A stretch of 64,000 nucleotides of DNA from Chthonomonas sp. UBA2387 (GCA_002343445.1 DDSP01000049.1:300-64299); one strand, 5' to 3'; positions 39,702-50,440 are shown, numbered from the stretch's first letter. The notes: generated from the letters alone by a model not told the origin. Numbers and translations: made by a program.

Positions 39702-40592
39702 ATGACGGCGTATCTAGGTTTGGACTGCGGGGGTTCCTCGTGTCGAGCGATGATGCTCGACCCGGTCGGCAACACGCTCTTCGAGGGCCAAGCGGGTCCG
39801 GCCAACTGGGCCAGCACGCCGCACAAAACGCTCGTTGGCAGCCTCCAGCAAGCCACGGCAGGCGCCCCCAAAGCCGATGCGGTGTGCGCGTGCTTCGCCG
39901 GGTTGCTCACCCCCGACGACAAGAAGCGCGCCGAAATCGAGCTTTCCGTCCTCTACCCCGGCGCCAAGGTCGAGGCTCGGCCCGATTATCACGCCGCGCT
40001 CGCCGCGTGTCCGGATGGAACCGACTGCTGCGTCATTGCCGGCACGGGTTCGACCGTGTTCTCCTGGCAGGGCGACGACGTCGTAAAGTCCGGTGGCGGC
40101 GGGTACCTGCTGGGCGATCGGGGCTCGGCGTTCCGGTACGGCCGCGCGGTCGTTCAGAGGTTCTTCGAACAGCCGACCGAGGTCTCCGAGCGGATCCTGT
40201 CCGCGATCGAAGCCAACTTTGGGACGCGAGACGTCTCGGCCGTAGTGGCCGAGGTCTACCGCCGTTCGTCCCCGCCCGCGTTCTTGGCCACTTTTGCGAC
40301 CACGCTCGCCGAGGAGGCCGAGGCGGGCGAAGCCTACGCCAAGTCACTCATCGCCGAAGAGTCGCGGGAACTCGCAGCCATCGTGGCTCGCCACATCGCT
40401 TCGTTCGCCTCCGACTCCGACCACCCGTGCATCGTGTTGGCCGGGGGCTTGTGGCAGAGCCACCCAACCTACCGGCCGGCGTTCGAATCCGCACTCTCTC
40501 AAGCGCTCGAACCCCGAAGCTCACGCATTTCCTTGCTAGAAACCCCAGCCGTCGTCGGCGCGGCACGCCTCGCACGACGTCTAATCCCCTGA
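39702..40592 (+). CDS. BadF/BadG/BcrA/BcrD-type ATPase, likely N-acetylglucosamine/N-acetylmuramate kinase
   Basis: MTAYLGLDCGGSSCRAMM, VIAGTGS and GGGGYLLGDRGSAF motifs. It lies directly upstream of murQ. The start is set at the ATG at 39702. Confidence 0.75.
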   Translation: MTAYLGLDCGGSSCRAMMLDPVGNTLFEGQAGPANWASTPHKTLVGSLQQATAGAPKADAVCACFAGLLTPDDKKRAEIELSVLYPGAKVEARPDYHAALAACPDGTDCCVIAGTGSTVFSWQGDDVVKSGGGGYLLGDRGSAFRYGRAVVQRFFEQPTEVSERILSAIEANFGTRDVSAVVAEVYRRSSPPAFLATFATTLAEEAEAGEAYAKSLIAEESRELAAIVARHIASFASDSDHPCIVLAGGLWQSHPTYRPAFESALSQALEPRSSRISLLETPAVVGAARLARRLIP

Positions 40593-40598
40593 ACTCCC

Positions 40599-41429
40599 AT
40601 GTCCACCGAAGTCCGCCACCCCCGCTCCTATGGCCTCGACAAGATGTCCGCACGCGAGATCGTGCGCCTCATGAACGAAGAGGAGTATGTGGTCATTCGC
40701 GCCCTGCAAAACGCTGAGGAAGCGTTGGCCACAGCCATCGAGCGAGTCGCCACGGCTTACCAGGAAGGGGGCCGCACCATCTATGTCGGCTCGGGCACCA
40801 GCGGACGCATCGCAACGATGGACGCCGCCGAAATGCCACCCACGTTCGGCATCGCGGACGATCGGTTCATGGCGATCATTTCCGGCGGAGCCGACGCGCA
40901 AGGAAAGGCCCAAGAGGACGCCGAAGACGACGAGCACGCCGCCATCACCGTGATCAACGAACTCATGCTCACGCGCCGGGACGTGGTCATCGGCGTCGCC
41001 GCCAGCGGGCGCACCCCCTTCGTCCTCGCCGCCGTCAAGCACGCGCGTCAGAAGGGCATTTGGACCGCCGGCATCGCCAACAACAAGGGCGCACCCTTGT
41101 TGAGCGCCGTAGACTTGGGCATCCTGCTCGACACCGGCCCCGAGGTGTTGACGGGCTCGACCCGATTGAAGGCCGGCACGGCCCAGAAACTCGCCCTCAA
41201 CCGCATCAGCACCGGCGCGATGGTGCTCAGCGGCAAGGTCATCGAGAACCTGATGGTGGACGTCAAGGCCAAGAACCTGAAACTCAAAGAACGCTGCGCG
41301 CGCATCGTCAAAGACCTGACCACGGCCACGCAAGACGAGGCGTACCGCTACCTGGAGGGCAACGGTTGGAACGTTCGAGACGCGGTCCAGCACTTCCGCG
41401 AGTCGAGCCGCGTCAAAGTCGCGCCCTGA
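40599..41429 (+). CDS. murQ: N-acetylmuramic acid 6-phosphate etherase
   Basis: SGTSGRIATMDAAEMPPTFG, GVAASGRTPFV, TGSTRLKAGTAQKLALNRIST and NLMVDVKAKNLKL form the SIS-domain MurQ signature. Confidence 0.9.
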   Translation: MSTEVRHPRSYGLDKMSAREIVRLMNEEEYVVIRALQNAEEALATAIERVATAYQEGGRTIYVGSGTSGRIATMDAAEMPPTFGIADDRFMAIISGGADAQGKAQEDAEDDEHAAITVINELMLTRRDVVIGVAASGRTPFVLAAVKHARQKGIWTAGIANNKGAPLLSAVDLGILLDTGPEVLTGSTRLKAGTAQKLALNRISTGAMVLSGKVIENLMVDVKAKNLKLKERCARIVKDLTTATQDEAYRYLEGNGWNVRDAVQHFRESSRVKVAP

Positions 41430-41492
41430 ACGGCCGGCCCTCGCGAAGGTAACCTAACACACAACCGATACCGCATCGGAGGACGACAAGAT

Positions 41493-41732
41493 TTGGCCAA
41501 CGTAGACATCACCATTACGGCTGGAAAGACCCACGTGGGCGAACCCTGGATTTGGCGGCTTTCGCGCGAGTTCAACGTCAAAGTCAGCATCAAAAAGGCG
41601 ACCATCGACAGCGACTTCGCCTTCGCCCAAGTCGAGTTGGAAGGTCCCGTCGAGGAGATCCAACGCGCCACTGCTTGGCTGATGACGACCGGGATGCATA
41701 TTGAAGCTCAGCAGCGCGCCGTCGGCGCATGA
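41493..41732 (+). CDS. NIL-domain protein
   Basis: 79 aa. GEPWIWRLSREFNVKVSIKKATID...AQVELEGPVEEIQRATAWL fits the NIL domain pattern. It has a TTG start with GGAGG 8 nt upstream, and an ATGA overlap with the next gene. Confidence 0.65.
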   Translation: MANVDITITAGKTHVGEPWIWRLSREFNVKVSIKKATIDSDFAFAQVELEGPVEEIQRATAWLMTTGMHIEAQQRAVGA

Positions 41733-42634
41733 CCCTGTTCGACCCGTACGTTCCCGACGATTTTCAGGCCTTTTGGGACGAGGCCGTCCACGAAGCCGCG
41801 TCCGTCCCACTGCGCTTTGTGAGGACCCGGGTCGAATCCCAAGGAGACGAGTTCTCTCCCTCGCACCGTGTGGACCGGATCGAGTTCGACGGCGCGGACG
41901 GGCAACCACTTGAAGGCTGGATCGCCACCCACGACGCCGCTCGGCGGCTCCCCAGTTTCCTCTGGATTCCGCCCTACGGCCGCGAATCGCTGCTGCCCAA
42001 CGCCTATGGCACGCGCGAGGGCATGACCTCGATGAGCCTGAACCTGCACGGGCACGATGCGTTTCACCAGGAGAAGTACACGCCGAGCCGAGGCTACTTC
42101 GCCGAAGGTGTCGAAGAGCCCGAGACGTGGGTGTTTCGACGCTTGGCGATCCATTGCATGGTGGCCTTGCGGGTGCTGCAGGCGCAGCCCGAGGCCGACG
42201 AGGACCGGATCGGAGCGATGGGCATGTCGCAGGGCGCGGGTCTGGCGATCTGGTCGGCGGTTCTCTCGCCCATCGTGCGGGCCGTAGCGGCCGACATGCC
42301 GTTTCTGTGCGCCATGCGCGCCACGCTGAACGCCCCCATCCATCGGTATCCGCTCAAGGAACTGCCCGACTTCTACGAAGAACTGCCGCTGGGCAAAGAG
42401 CGGGTGCTGAACACGCTGTCGTACTTCGACACCGTGAACATGGCAAGCCGATGCGGCAAGCCGGTCCAAGTGTCGCTCGGGCTAAAGGATCCCGCCGCCC
42501 GCCCCGACCACGTCCGCGCGTGCTACGAAGCGCTGCGCGGCCCGAAACAACTCATCGAATACGACTGGGGCCACGACTGGCACCCCGAGATGATCGCCAA
42601 CAACCGCCAATGGCTCCTGGCTCGACTCGGTTAG
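41729..42634 (+). CDS. Acetyl xylan esterase / cephalosporin-C deacetylase family (CE7, AXE1)
   Basis: DFQAFWDEAV.. N-terminus, GAMGMSQGAG (GxSxG), and a C-terminal DxxxxP...GHD region in the CE7 layout. Confidence 0.75.
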   Translation: MTLFDPYVPDDFQAFWDEAVHEAASVPLRFVRTRVESQGDEFSPSHRVDRIEFDGADGQPLEGWIATHDAARRLPSFLWIPPYGRESLLPNAYGTREGMTSMSLNLHGHDAFHQEKYTPSRGYFAEGVEEPETWVFRRLAIHCMVALRVLQAQPEADEDRIGAMGMSQGAGLAIWSAVLSPIVRAVAADMPFLCAMRATLNAPIHRYPLKELPDFYEELPLGKERVLNTLSYFDTVNMASRCGKPVQVSLGLKDPAARPDHVRACYEALRGPKQLIEYDWGHDWHPEMIANNRQWLLARLG

Positions 42635-43164
42635 CGAAAACCTCCACCTCCGAGCACTTTCTCCACACTCTGCTCCGGCGTCTGCCGGGTCGTGTCAAGC
42701 ACCAGAAACCCGGCCCTCTCGAAACGAGCAGGCAACGACTCCCACAGGTCGTGGACGAAGAACTCGATGTCGCGAGGATCGAAGCTCTTGTGCGTCCGAG
42801 TGTTGTTCCGCGAGACGTTGACGTCCAACTCGGCCCGCAGGCAAACGACCCGCGCGTGGGGGCACGCCTCCAGGAACAGCGCCACCATCTCGGGATTCGA
42901 GCAGTGGGCGACGACCACGGCAAAGCCCGCCTCCGAGTACAGGCTGGCGATCTGGCCCGCCGCACGGTGCGCGAGGTCGAACTGACGCGTGGTCTCCTCG
43001 CTCCAGCCTGCGCTGGGCTGAGACAGGCCCTTCACGACCAGCGTCCGGAACGCGTCGAGGTCCAGGAAGAACGCCCGCTCGAATCGGTCGGCGAGCATCC
43101 GGCCGACGGTGGATTTGCCCACGCCCGGGGCACCGGTGAGGAACACGACGGGGCCGGCGGACAT
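42631..43164 (-). CDS. P-loop kinase-like ATP-binding protein
   Basis: VVFLTGAPGVGKSTVGRMLA is a Walker A motif. 177 aa, the size and layout of small-molecule or nucleotide kinases. The substrate cannot be inferred. Confidence 0.6.
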   Translation of the reverse strand: MSAGPVVFLTGAPGVGKSTVGRMLADRFERAFFLDLDAFRTLVVKGLSQPSAGWSEETTRQFDLAHRAAGQIASLYSEAGFAVVVAHCSNPEMVALFLEACPHARVVCLRAELDVNVSRNNTRTHKSFDPRDIEFFVHDLWESLPARFERAGFLVLDTTRQTPEQSVEKVLGGGGFR

Positions 43165-43239
43165 GCGTCCACGTTACCCAAGCCGACCCACGGTCGAGGA
43201 CCCGGCGCATGAGCCCTGCATCCGTGCCACAATGCCCGC

Positions 43240-44007
43240 ATGTTGCTCGCCGGAAAAAAAGGGCTGGTCTTCAGCGTGACCAACAAACACAGCATTGGCT
43301 GGGCCATCGCCAAAGCCGCCGCAGACCACGGCGCACACGTCGGCATTGGCGCGCAAAACGATCGGATGCTTGAGTCGGTTGAGAAACTGATCGCCGGAGA
43401 CCCCCGGTTCACCCCGATCGTCGTGGACTTCACCAACGACGAGCAGATGGAGGCGTTGCCCCAGCAGGTCGAATCCAAAATCGGCAAGGTGGACTTTCTC
43501 GTCCACTCCGCCGCCTATGCGCCCAAGGCCGATCTGGAGGGCCGTTTCATCGAGACGAGCAAGGAAGGCTTCCAAATCGCGCTCGAGGTCAGCGCGTACT
43601 CGTTGGTCCACTTGTGCCGCGTGCTCGAGCCCCTGCTCAAGGACGATTCCAGCGTGATGTGCCTCAGCTATCTGGGCAGCACGCGCGCCGCGGGCACCTA
43701 CCGCGTGATGGGCGTGGCCAAGGCCGCTCTAGAATCCTGTGTCCGCTATCTTGCCGCCGATCTTGGCCCGCGCGGCATCCGCGTCAACACGATTTCTCCC
43801 GGCCCCATCAACACCGTCGCGGCGCGAGGGGTGAAGAACTTCTTGCCCATGATCGAGACGGTCAAGGCCAACGCCCCGCTCAAAAGGCCGTTCGAACAAG
43901 AGCAAGTCGCCACAACGGCCGTCTATCTGATGAGCGACCTGAGCTATGCGGTGACGGGGCAGATCATCTTCGTGGACTCGGGCTTCAACATCGTCGGCGT
44001 CGGATAG
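43240..44007 (+). CDS. fabI: Enoyl-[acyl-carrier-protein] reductase (NADH)
   Basis: GKKGLVFSVTNKHSIGWAIAK, YRVMGVAKAALE (the Y-x6-K motif) and VNTISPGPI. Confidence 0.9.
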   Translation: MLLAGKKGLVFSVTNKHSIGWAIAKAAADHGAHVGIGAQNDRMLESVEKLIAGDPRFTPIVVDFTNDEQMEALPQQVESKIGKVDFLVHSAAYAPKADLEGRFIETSKEGFQIALEVSAYSLVHLCRVLEPLLKDDSSVMCLSYLGSTRAAGTYRVMGVAKAALESCVRYLAADLGPRGIRVNTISPGPINTVAARGVKNFLPMIETVKANAPLKRPFEQEQVATTAVYLMSDLSYAVTGQIIFVDSGFNIVGVG

Positions 44008-44008
44008 G

Positions 44009-44902
44009 ATGCGGCTGCTCACGGTCCCCAACTGGTCGTTCGGAAGGGACGTCGGGCTCTCGCGATTGTTTGCCGAGACGTTGGAGTTCCGCCCGCTCCG
44101 CGTGCATTATCTCAAGAGCGACGTGGACCACAACCGCGCCGTCACGGCCTTTTCGGGCCACCCGGACGTGGTGTTCGAAACCGTCCTGACCCTCGCTGAA
44201 TTCGCGTTCGACCGCATCGACCTGAATCGTCACGTGGGCGTGCATCCCCGCATCGGGGCCTTGGACGTGTGTCCTTTCGTCGCCCTCCCCGGCTGGAACG
44301 GTCCCCCCGAAACCGGACGGCTGCTCTCCGAGATCGAAGCGTTCGGCGACACGCTGGCCCACCGCTACCACCTGCCCGTGTTTCTCTACGAGAAGTCCGA
44401 GCGGGGCCGCCACGAGGCCGACTTGCCTTCCCTGCGCAAGGGCGGGTTCGGGGGGCTCCTCGATCGCGACCTGCGCCCCGACTTCGGACCGACGCGCGCC
44501 CATCCCCGGCTCGGCGTAACGGTCGTGGGGCTGCGCGAATTCCTCATCGCTCTGAACGTCAACCTGCAAGGCACCGACGCCCGTGTGGCTCAACAGATCG
44601 CGCGCGAGATCCGTACCGCACGCAGCGAGGGAGACCTTAGGTTCGTCGGAGTCCGAGCCCTCGGCTTCTACCTCTCGACCGCCGAAGTCGCCCAAGTCTC
44701 GATGAACCTGACCCTGCCCGACCTGACCGCGGTGGACGCGATCGTGGAGTGGGTCGGCAAGCGCGCGTTCGAACTCGGAACCCGCGCCGTCGGCAACGAA
44801 CTCATCGGCGTGATCCGTTCACGCGACCTGCCCCATGCGGAATCGCTGGAGATCAACCCGCACCAAATCGTAGATGGAGCGTTTGGCGATGCCCCTGTTT
44901 GA
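44009..44902 (+). CDS. Glutamate formimidoyltransferase (FtcD N-terminal type)
   Basis: VPNWSFGR...DVDHNRAVTAF..HVGVHPRIGALDVCPF are formiminotransferase motifs. Confidence 0.8.
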   Translation: MRLLTVPNWSFGRDVGLSRLFAETLEFRPLRVHYLKSDVDHNRAVTAFSGHPDVVFETVLTLAEFAFDRIDLNRHVGVHPRIGALDVCPFVALPGWNGPPETGRLLSEIEAFGDTLAHRYHLPVFLYEKSERGRHEADLPSLRKGGFGGLLDRDLRPDFGPTRAHPRLGVTVVGLREFLIALNVNLQGTDARVAQQIAREIRTARSEGDLRFVGVRALGFYLSTAEVAQVSMNLTLPDLTAVDAIVEWVGKRAFELGTRAVGNELIGVIRSRDLPHAESLEINPHQIVDGAFGDAPV

Positions 44903-45989
44903 CCTCGGCGTTCTTGGCGGCGGGCAATTGGCCCGCATGTCCATCCAAGCCGCCCAGCGGATGGGTCTGCGGTGCTTGGCCCTCGACCCCGACCCCGAGT
45001 GCTGCACGGCGCAACTCGCTCCCGTGATCGCCGGGCGTCTGGACGACCCGGAGGCGATCGCCCGCCTCGTCGGCCAGAGCGACCGCATCACACTCGAAAA
45101 CGAGTTCATCCCCGCTTGGGCGATCGCCGAGGCGTTTGCGCTTGCCGGCGCCGAACCGCAGCGGCTGATGCCGGGTTGGGACGTGCTCGCGACGGTCCAG
45201 GACAAGCTGCTGCAGCGCCAAGCCTATGCCCGATACGGTGCGCCGACGCCGCGCGCGGTCCCGCTGGAAGGAGACGGGAGCGAGGCGATCGAGGCCATAG
45301 GCTTTCCGATGGTGCTCAAGGCGCGCTTTGGCGGCTACGACGGCAAGGGCACGCGGTATGCCCGAACGCCCGTGGAATTCGAGGCCCTGCGCCCGCAATG
45401 GCAGGATGGCTGGTTGGCCGAGGCGTTCGTGCCCTTCCGCCGCGAGTTGGCGGCTATGGTCTACCGCAGTCCGCACGTGTGCGGCGCGTTCCCGACCATG
45501 GAGACCGTTCAGACCAACCATGTGTGCGATTTGGTCTATCCGTCGGGGGTGGATGCCTCCGAGGTCGCCATCGCCGCCGTCGAAGCCGTGGGCGGCTATG
45601 GCCTGTTCGGGGTCGAGATGTTCGAGCTGGAGGACGGCTCGGTGCTCATCAACGAGATCGCGCCGCGCCCGCACAACACGGGCCATTACACGCTGGATTG
45701 GGGCGGCGTCAGCCAGTTCGAAATGCACGTGCGGTTGGCGATGGGTCTGCCCTTGACCGAGCCTGTCGGCGGCGACACGTGCATGGCGAACCTGCTCGGC
45801 CCGCCCGGCGACGGCGACTTGCGCTCGGCCCTGACGGGGGCGCTGGAGGTGCCCGGCTCGCATGTCCACTGGTACGGGAAGGCCTACCGCGCAGGGCGCA
45901 AACTGGGGCACATCAACGCCGTGGGCGCGGGTTGCGTGGATCGCGCGGTCGCCGCCCGCTCACGTTTCTGGGACGCCTGGGCACGGTAG
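44889..45989 (+). CDS. purK: N5-carboxyaminoimidazole ribonucleotide synthase
   Basis: LGVLGGGQLARM and an ATP-grasp body (MVLKARFGGYDGKG, INEIAPRPHNTGH) with a C-terminal LGHINAVG. The ATG at 44889 is preferred, but the GTG at 44874 is also possible. Confidence 0.9.
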   Translation: MPLFDLGVLGGGQLARMSIQAAQRMGLRCLALDPDPECCTAQLAPVIAGRLDDPEAIARLVGQSDRITLENEFIPAWAIAEAFALAGAEPQRLMPGWDVLATVQDKLLQRQAYARYGAPTPRAVPLEGDGSEAIEAIGFPMVLKARFGGYDGKGTRYARTPVEFEALRPQWQDGWLAEAFVPFRRELAAMVYRSPHVCGAFPTMETVQTNHVCDLVYPSGVDASEVAIAAVEAVGGYGLFGVEMFELEDGSVLINEIAPRPHNTGHYTLDWGGVSQFEMHVRLAMGLPLTEPVGGDTCMANLLGPPGDGDLRSALTGALEVPGSHVHWYGKAYRAGRKLGHINAVGAGCVDRAVAARSRFWDAWAR

Positions 45990-46037
45990 CCCTGGTCGGC
46001 ACGTGGCTGGCAAGTGGTTGGCAAGTTCTCGTTGCAC

Positions 46038-46111
46038 TCACGATTCACGATTCACATTCACATCCCCTCAGGTTCTTGGGAAGATGGAAGGAGGAAGGCG
46101 GAAGGCGGAGG
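46038..46111. repeat. Short tandem repeats in a 340-bp convergent intergenic region
   Basis: (TCACGAT)x2 and (TCACAT)x2 at 46038-46063, then a GGAAG-type polypurine run ggaaggaggaaggcggaaggcggagg at 46086-46111. Confidence 0.7.
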
Positions 46112-46330
46112 TCGGGACAACCTGCGGACAACTGCCGACGCTTTCTTGCTTGCGCGGGCCGGAAAGGTCAACCGTTGGCCCGCCCCTCGGGTGCCACGAC
46201 GTTCCCGACCCCTTGAGCGGTTCCGTCGCGCGCAGGCTCTGGCGGGGTCGGAACTCGTGAAGGGTCGGCGTTCTTCCGTCGAGAGGAGCACGGTCTGGCG
46301 GCAACCCATCCACACGAGGGAATCCTGTGG

Positions 46331-47701
46331 TTAGCAGAACCAGCCCGGTTTGGCCCGTGCGGCCAGCCGGGCCAGCCAGAACGCCAATGGTCCGCTCGCC
46401 AAGGCAACCGCCGACGACCACTGCGCTTCCCAACCCTCCTCGACGATCGAGACGCCCACCATCACGCACGCCACCGAGACGGGCAGCACGGCCACCAGCC
46501 CCACGCCCCACAGCCCCCCAGGCACCTTGAACGGCCGATGCAGCCCCGGCTCCTTCACGCGCAGCACGAACAGCGTCAGGCTCTCCAAGAACAGCGCCGC
46601 AGAGTACATGATCACGTTCAGTTCGATCAGTTCCAAGAACGACTTGTGGGCCAGAAGCGCATAGATGACCCCGTGCAGCAGAATGGCCCGCCAAGGCGTG
46701 CCGAACACGGGGTGGATCGCCACCAATCCCTTGGGCAGGAAGCCGTCCTCGGCCATCACGAAGGGCACGCGCGAAGACGCCAGCAGGCTCGCCGTGAACA
46801 AGGCGATCGGCGAGATCAGGCCGGCCACGTTCAGCGCCACCCCCAGCCCCGGCCCGCCCACGGCTTGCCCGATCGCGGGCCATGCGCCCTCGGCCCAATC
46901 CTCGGTGTTGGGGAAGTACGCCAAGCCCACCAAGGTGGGAAAGAAGTAGACCGCGAACACGAGCGGCACGCCGATCAGCAAGGCGCGTGGATAGGCTTTC
47001 GCGGGCTCTTCGACCTCCTCGGCGATGGTCGAGAGCGCATCCCAACCCAGGTAGTTCCACATGACGATGGCCATGCCCGAGGCCAATCCGGCTTGCAAGG
47101 TCTGGCCGCCGCTGGTGAACTCGCGCACGATGGGTTGCGGGTCGAACGCCATGCGCGCCAGACCGATCAACACCAGCGCGAGGAACGGAACGATGAGAGC
47201 GAACGCGAACGCGGTCGAGGTCTTGCCCACGAGCCGCGTGCCTCGGATGTTCAGCCACGTGAACGCGGCGATCACGGCCATCGTGGTCGCCCACCGCGCG
47301 GCGGGCTGCTCCAGGCCATCGAATCCGAAGAACAGGCTCAGGAACGACGACAGGTACGTGGTGAACAGGACGGGATAGAGCGCGGCATCCACCAACGTGT
47401 AGATCCAGGTCCACCACGCGTTGAGGAACCCGGCGAACGGGCCAAGGGCGCGCTTGACCCACACGATGTAGCCGCCCTCGACGGGCAGGGCGGGGGCCAG
47501 TTCGCACGTGGTGAGCGCGTCCGGGAGAGCCCAGACGATGGGCATGAGCGCGATGAGCAGGAGGGCGAGCCCCGGTCCCGCTTCGCCGACCAGCGGCTCC
47601 AACCCATAGGGTCCGCCGCTCACGCAGCAGAATACGGCGAACACCAGCATCAGCGGGGTCATGGCCCGTTTGTGGAGCTTTCGGTGTTCTGCGGCGATCA
47701 C
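46331..47701 (-). CDS. APC-family amino acid permease
   Basis: 456 aa with about 12 TM. FCCVSGGPYGLEPLV and GGYIVWVKRALGPFAGFL are typical of the N-terminal region of APC transporters. Confidence 0.85.
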   Translation of the reverse strand: MIAAEHRKLHKRAMTPLMLVFAVFCCVSGGPYGLEPLVGEAGPGLALLLIALMPIVWALPDALTTCELAPALPVEGGYIVWVKRALGPFAGFLNAWWTWIYTLVDAALYPVLFTTYLSSFLSLFFGFDGLEQPAARWATTMAVIAAFTWLNIRGTRLVGKTSTAFAFALIVPFLALVLIGLARMAFDPQPIVREFTSGGQTLQAGLASGMAIVMWNYLGWDALSTIAEEVEEPAKAYPRALLIGVPLVFAVYFFPTLVGLAYFPNTEDWAEGAWPAIGQAVGGPGLGVALNVAGLISPIALFTASLLASSRVPFVMAEDGFLPKGLVAIHPVFGTPWRAILLHGVIYALLAHKSFLELIELNVIMYSAALFLESLTLFVLRVKEPGLHRPFKVPGGLWGVGLVAVLPVSVACVMVGVSIVEEGWEAQWSSAVALASGPLAFWLARLAARAKPGWFC

Positions 47702-47815
47702 GCGTCGCTATTGAACCACGCTGGCGGGTGGCGGGACGCTGGGCCGTTGGGTGTCAGGGCTTGGAAGCGCCCGCTCCTGTTCCATAGATGGTTGCTGGAG
47801 GGCCACCACCCAAGG

Positions 47816-50440
47816 CTACACGAGCAACTGACGCAACACGTACTGCAGGATGCCGCCGTGCCGGAAGTACTCGCGTTCCTGCGGCGTATCAATGCGCACC
47901 GTGGCGGCAAAACGCTTGGTCTGGTCGCCGAGCGTCGCCTCGACCTGCACCTCCTTGCCCGAGGCGAAGCCGCCGGCCATCCCCGCCGCAAAGCCCGAAA
48001 CCCGGAACGTCTCGCGGCCCGTCAGGCCCAGGCTCTCCGCTGTGTCGCCGGGCAGGAACTGGAGCGGCAGGATGCCCATCCCCACCAAATTGGACCGGTG
48101 GATGCGCTCGAAGCTCTCGGCCAGCACCACCTTGACGCCCAACAGGTTCGGCCCCTTGGCGGCCCAGTCGCGGCTGGAACCCGAGCCATACTCCTTGCCC
48201 GCCAAGATCATCAAAGGCGTGCCCGCTTCCCGATAGCGTTGCGAGGCTTCGAAGATATCCACCACCTCGCCCGTGGGCAGGTGGGTGGCGAACCCGCCCT
48301 CGGTGCCCGGCGCAAGCTTGTTGCGCAATCGGACGTTGGCGAACGTGCCGCGCACCATGACTTCGTGGTTGCCCCGGCGCGAGCCGTAAGAGTTGAACAG
48401 GTGCGGCCGCACGCCCCGCTCGGTCAGATACGCGCCAGCCGGGGACTTGGCCTTGATCGAGCCGGCGGGCGAAATGTGGTCGGTGGTCACGCTGTCGCCC
48501 AGGATCGCCAGCACGGCCAGGCCCTCGGGATCCGAGACGCTCTCGGGCGCATGACGGGGCATGCCGTCGAAGTAGGGCGCCTGCTTGATGTACGTCGAAG
48601 CGTCGTCCCAGGCGTAGCGGTCGCCCTCCGGGACGGCGATGGCGTTCCATTTTTCGTCTCCCTTGAACACGTCGCGGTAGGACTTGGCGAACATCTCGGC
48701 GCGCACGTTCTCGGCGACGACTTCGGCGATCTCGGTTTGGCTCGGCCAGATGTCGCGAAGGTAGACGTTCATGCCGTCCGGGGTTTGGCCCACAGGATCG
48801 TTCTGTAGATCGATGTCGATGGTGCCCGCGATGGCGAATGCCACGACCAACGGGGGCGACATCAGGTAGTTCGCCTTGACCTCGGGGTTCACGCGCCCTT
48901 CGAAGTTGCGGTTGCCGGAGAGCACCGAGACGACCGTCAGGTCGCCTCCCGCGATGGCGCTGGAGACCTCTTCGGGCAGCGGTCCCGAATTGCCGATGCA
49001 TGTGGTGCACCCATAGCCCACCGTGTTGAAGCCGAGGGCATCGAGGTCTTTGTCGAGCCCCGCGCGCTCCAGGTAGTCGGTGACCACGCGCGAGCCGGGA
49101 GCGAGCGACGTCTTGACCCACTCCTTGCTCTTCAGGCCGAACTTGAGCGCCTTGCGCGCCACGAGGCCCGCCGCGACCATCACCGAGGGGTTGGACGTGT
49201 TCGTGCAACTCGTGATGGCCGCGATGACCACCGAGCCGTGCGTCAGTCCTTCACCCTCTTGCGGCCTGGCGCCGGGGAACTCCTTGAAGAACGTGTCGCG
49301 CGCCTTGGACAACGCCACGCGGTCTTGGGGCCGCTTGGGACCAGCCACGCTGGGCTCGACCGTCGAAAGGTCCAGGTGCAACACGTCCGAGTACTCCGCT
49401 TCGGGGGCGTCGGCGGTGTGGAACACGCCTTGGGCGAGGCAGTAGTCCTTCACCCGCTGGACGACGTCTTCGGGTCGCCCCGTGAGCCGCAAGTAGTTCA
49501 GCGTCTCCTCGTCCACCGGGAAGATGCCGCATGTCGCGCCGTACTCGGGGGCCATGTTGCTGATCGTCGCGCGGTCGGCAAGGGGCATGGTGGAAAGCCC
49601 TGGGCCGAAGAACTCGACGAACTTGCCCACGACACCCTTCTTGCGGAGCATCTCGGTCACGGTGAGCACGAGGTCGGTCGCGGTCGAACCTTCGGGGAGC
49701 TTGCCCGTCAAGCGGAAACCGACGACCTGCGGGATGAGCATGCTCACCGGCTGGCCGAGCATCGCGGCCTCGGCTTCGATGCCGCCGACGCCCCAGCCCA
49801 GCACGCCCAGGCCGTTGACCATCGTGGTGTGCGAATCGGTGCCCACCAGCGTGTCGAAGTACGCCACGCCATCCTGGAGGCAGACCACGCGCGCCAGGTG
49901 TTCCAGGTTGACTTGGTGGACGATGCCCGTGTTGGGCGGCACCACCTTGAAGTTGTCGAACGCCTTCTGACCCCACTTGAGGAACTCGTAGCGCTCTTGG
50001 TTGCGCTCGAATTCGAGGTCGCGGTTGATGAGCAGTGCGGCTTCGGTGCCGTAGGCGTCCACCTGAACCGAGTGATCGATCACGAGCTCGACGGGCTGGA
50101 GCGGGTTGATCTTGGTGGGGTCGCCGCCGAGTGCGGCCATGGCGTCGCGCATCGAGGCCAGGTCCACCACGCACGGAACGCCCGTGAAGTCTTGGAGCAG
50201 CACACGGGCCGGGGTGAACGCGATCTCGTCGCTCGGCGCGGCCTTGTGGTCCCACTTGGCGAGCGCCTCGATGTGGGCTCGCGTGACGTTCACGCCGTCT
50301 TCGTTGCGGAGCAGGTTTTCCAGCAGCACCTTCAGCGAGAAGGGGAGCCTCTGGAGGTCCGCGCCGACGGCATCGAGCCGGAAGTAGCCGAGGTTGTCTT
50401 TGCCCGAAGAGAAGGTTGCGCGCGCGTTGTAGCTGGACAT
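47816..50440 (-). CDS. acnA: Aconitate hydratase A
   Basis: 874 aa. [41 protein letters not shown] (cluster cysteines) and [21 protein letters not shown]. Confidence 0.97.
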   Translation of the reverse strand: MSSYNARATFSSGKDNLGYFRLDAVGADLQRLPFSLKVLLENLLRNEDGVNVTRAHIEALAKWDHKAAPSDEIAFTPARVLLQDFTGVPCVVDLASMRDAMAALGGDPTKINPLQPVELVIDHSVQVDAYGTEAALLINRDLEFERNQERYEFLKWGQKAFDNFKVVPPNTGIVHQVNLEHLARVVCLQDGVAYFDTLVGTDSHTTMVNGLGVLGWGVGGIEAEAAMLGQPVSMLIPQVVGFRLTGKLPEGSTATDLVLTVTEMLRKKGVVGKFVEFFGPGLSTMPLADRATISNMAPEYGATCGIFPVDEETLNYLRLTGRPEDVVQRVKDYCLAQGVFHTADAPEAEYSDVLHLDLSTVEPSVAGPKRPQDRVALSKARDTFFKEFPGARPQEGEGLTHGSVVIAAITSCTNTSNPSVMVAAGLVARKALKFGLKSKEWVKTSLAPGSRVVTDYLERAGLDKDLDALGFNTVGYGCTTCIGNSGPLPEEVSSAIAGGDLTVVSVLSGNRNFEGRVNPEVKANYLMSPPLVVAFAIAGTIDIDLQNDPVGQTPDGMNVYLRDIWPSQTEIAEVVAENVRAEMFAKSYRDVFKGDEKWNAIAVPEGDRYAWDDASTYIKQAPYFDGMPRHAPESVSDPEGLAVLAILGDSVTTDHISPAGSIKAKSPAGAYLTERGVRPHLFNSYGSRRGNHEVMVRGTFANVRLRNKLAPGTEGGFATHLPTGEVVDIFEASQRYREAGTPLMILAGKEYGSGSSRDWAAKGPNLLGVKVVLAESFERIHRSNLVGMGILPLQFLPGDTAESLGLTGRETFRVSGFAAGMAGGFASGKEVQVEATLGDQTKRFAATVRIDTPQEREYFRHGGILQYVLRQLLV

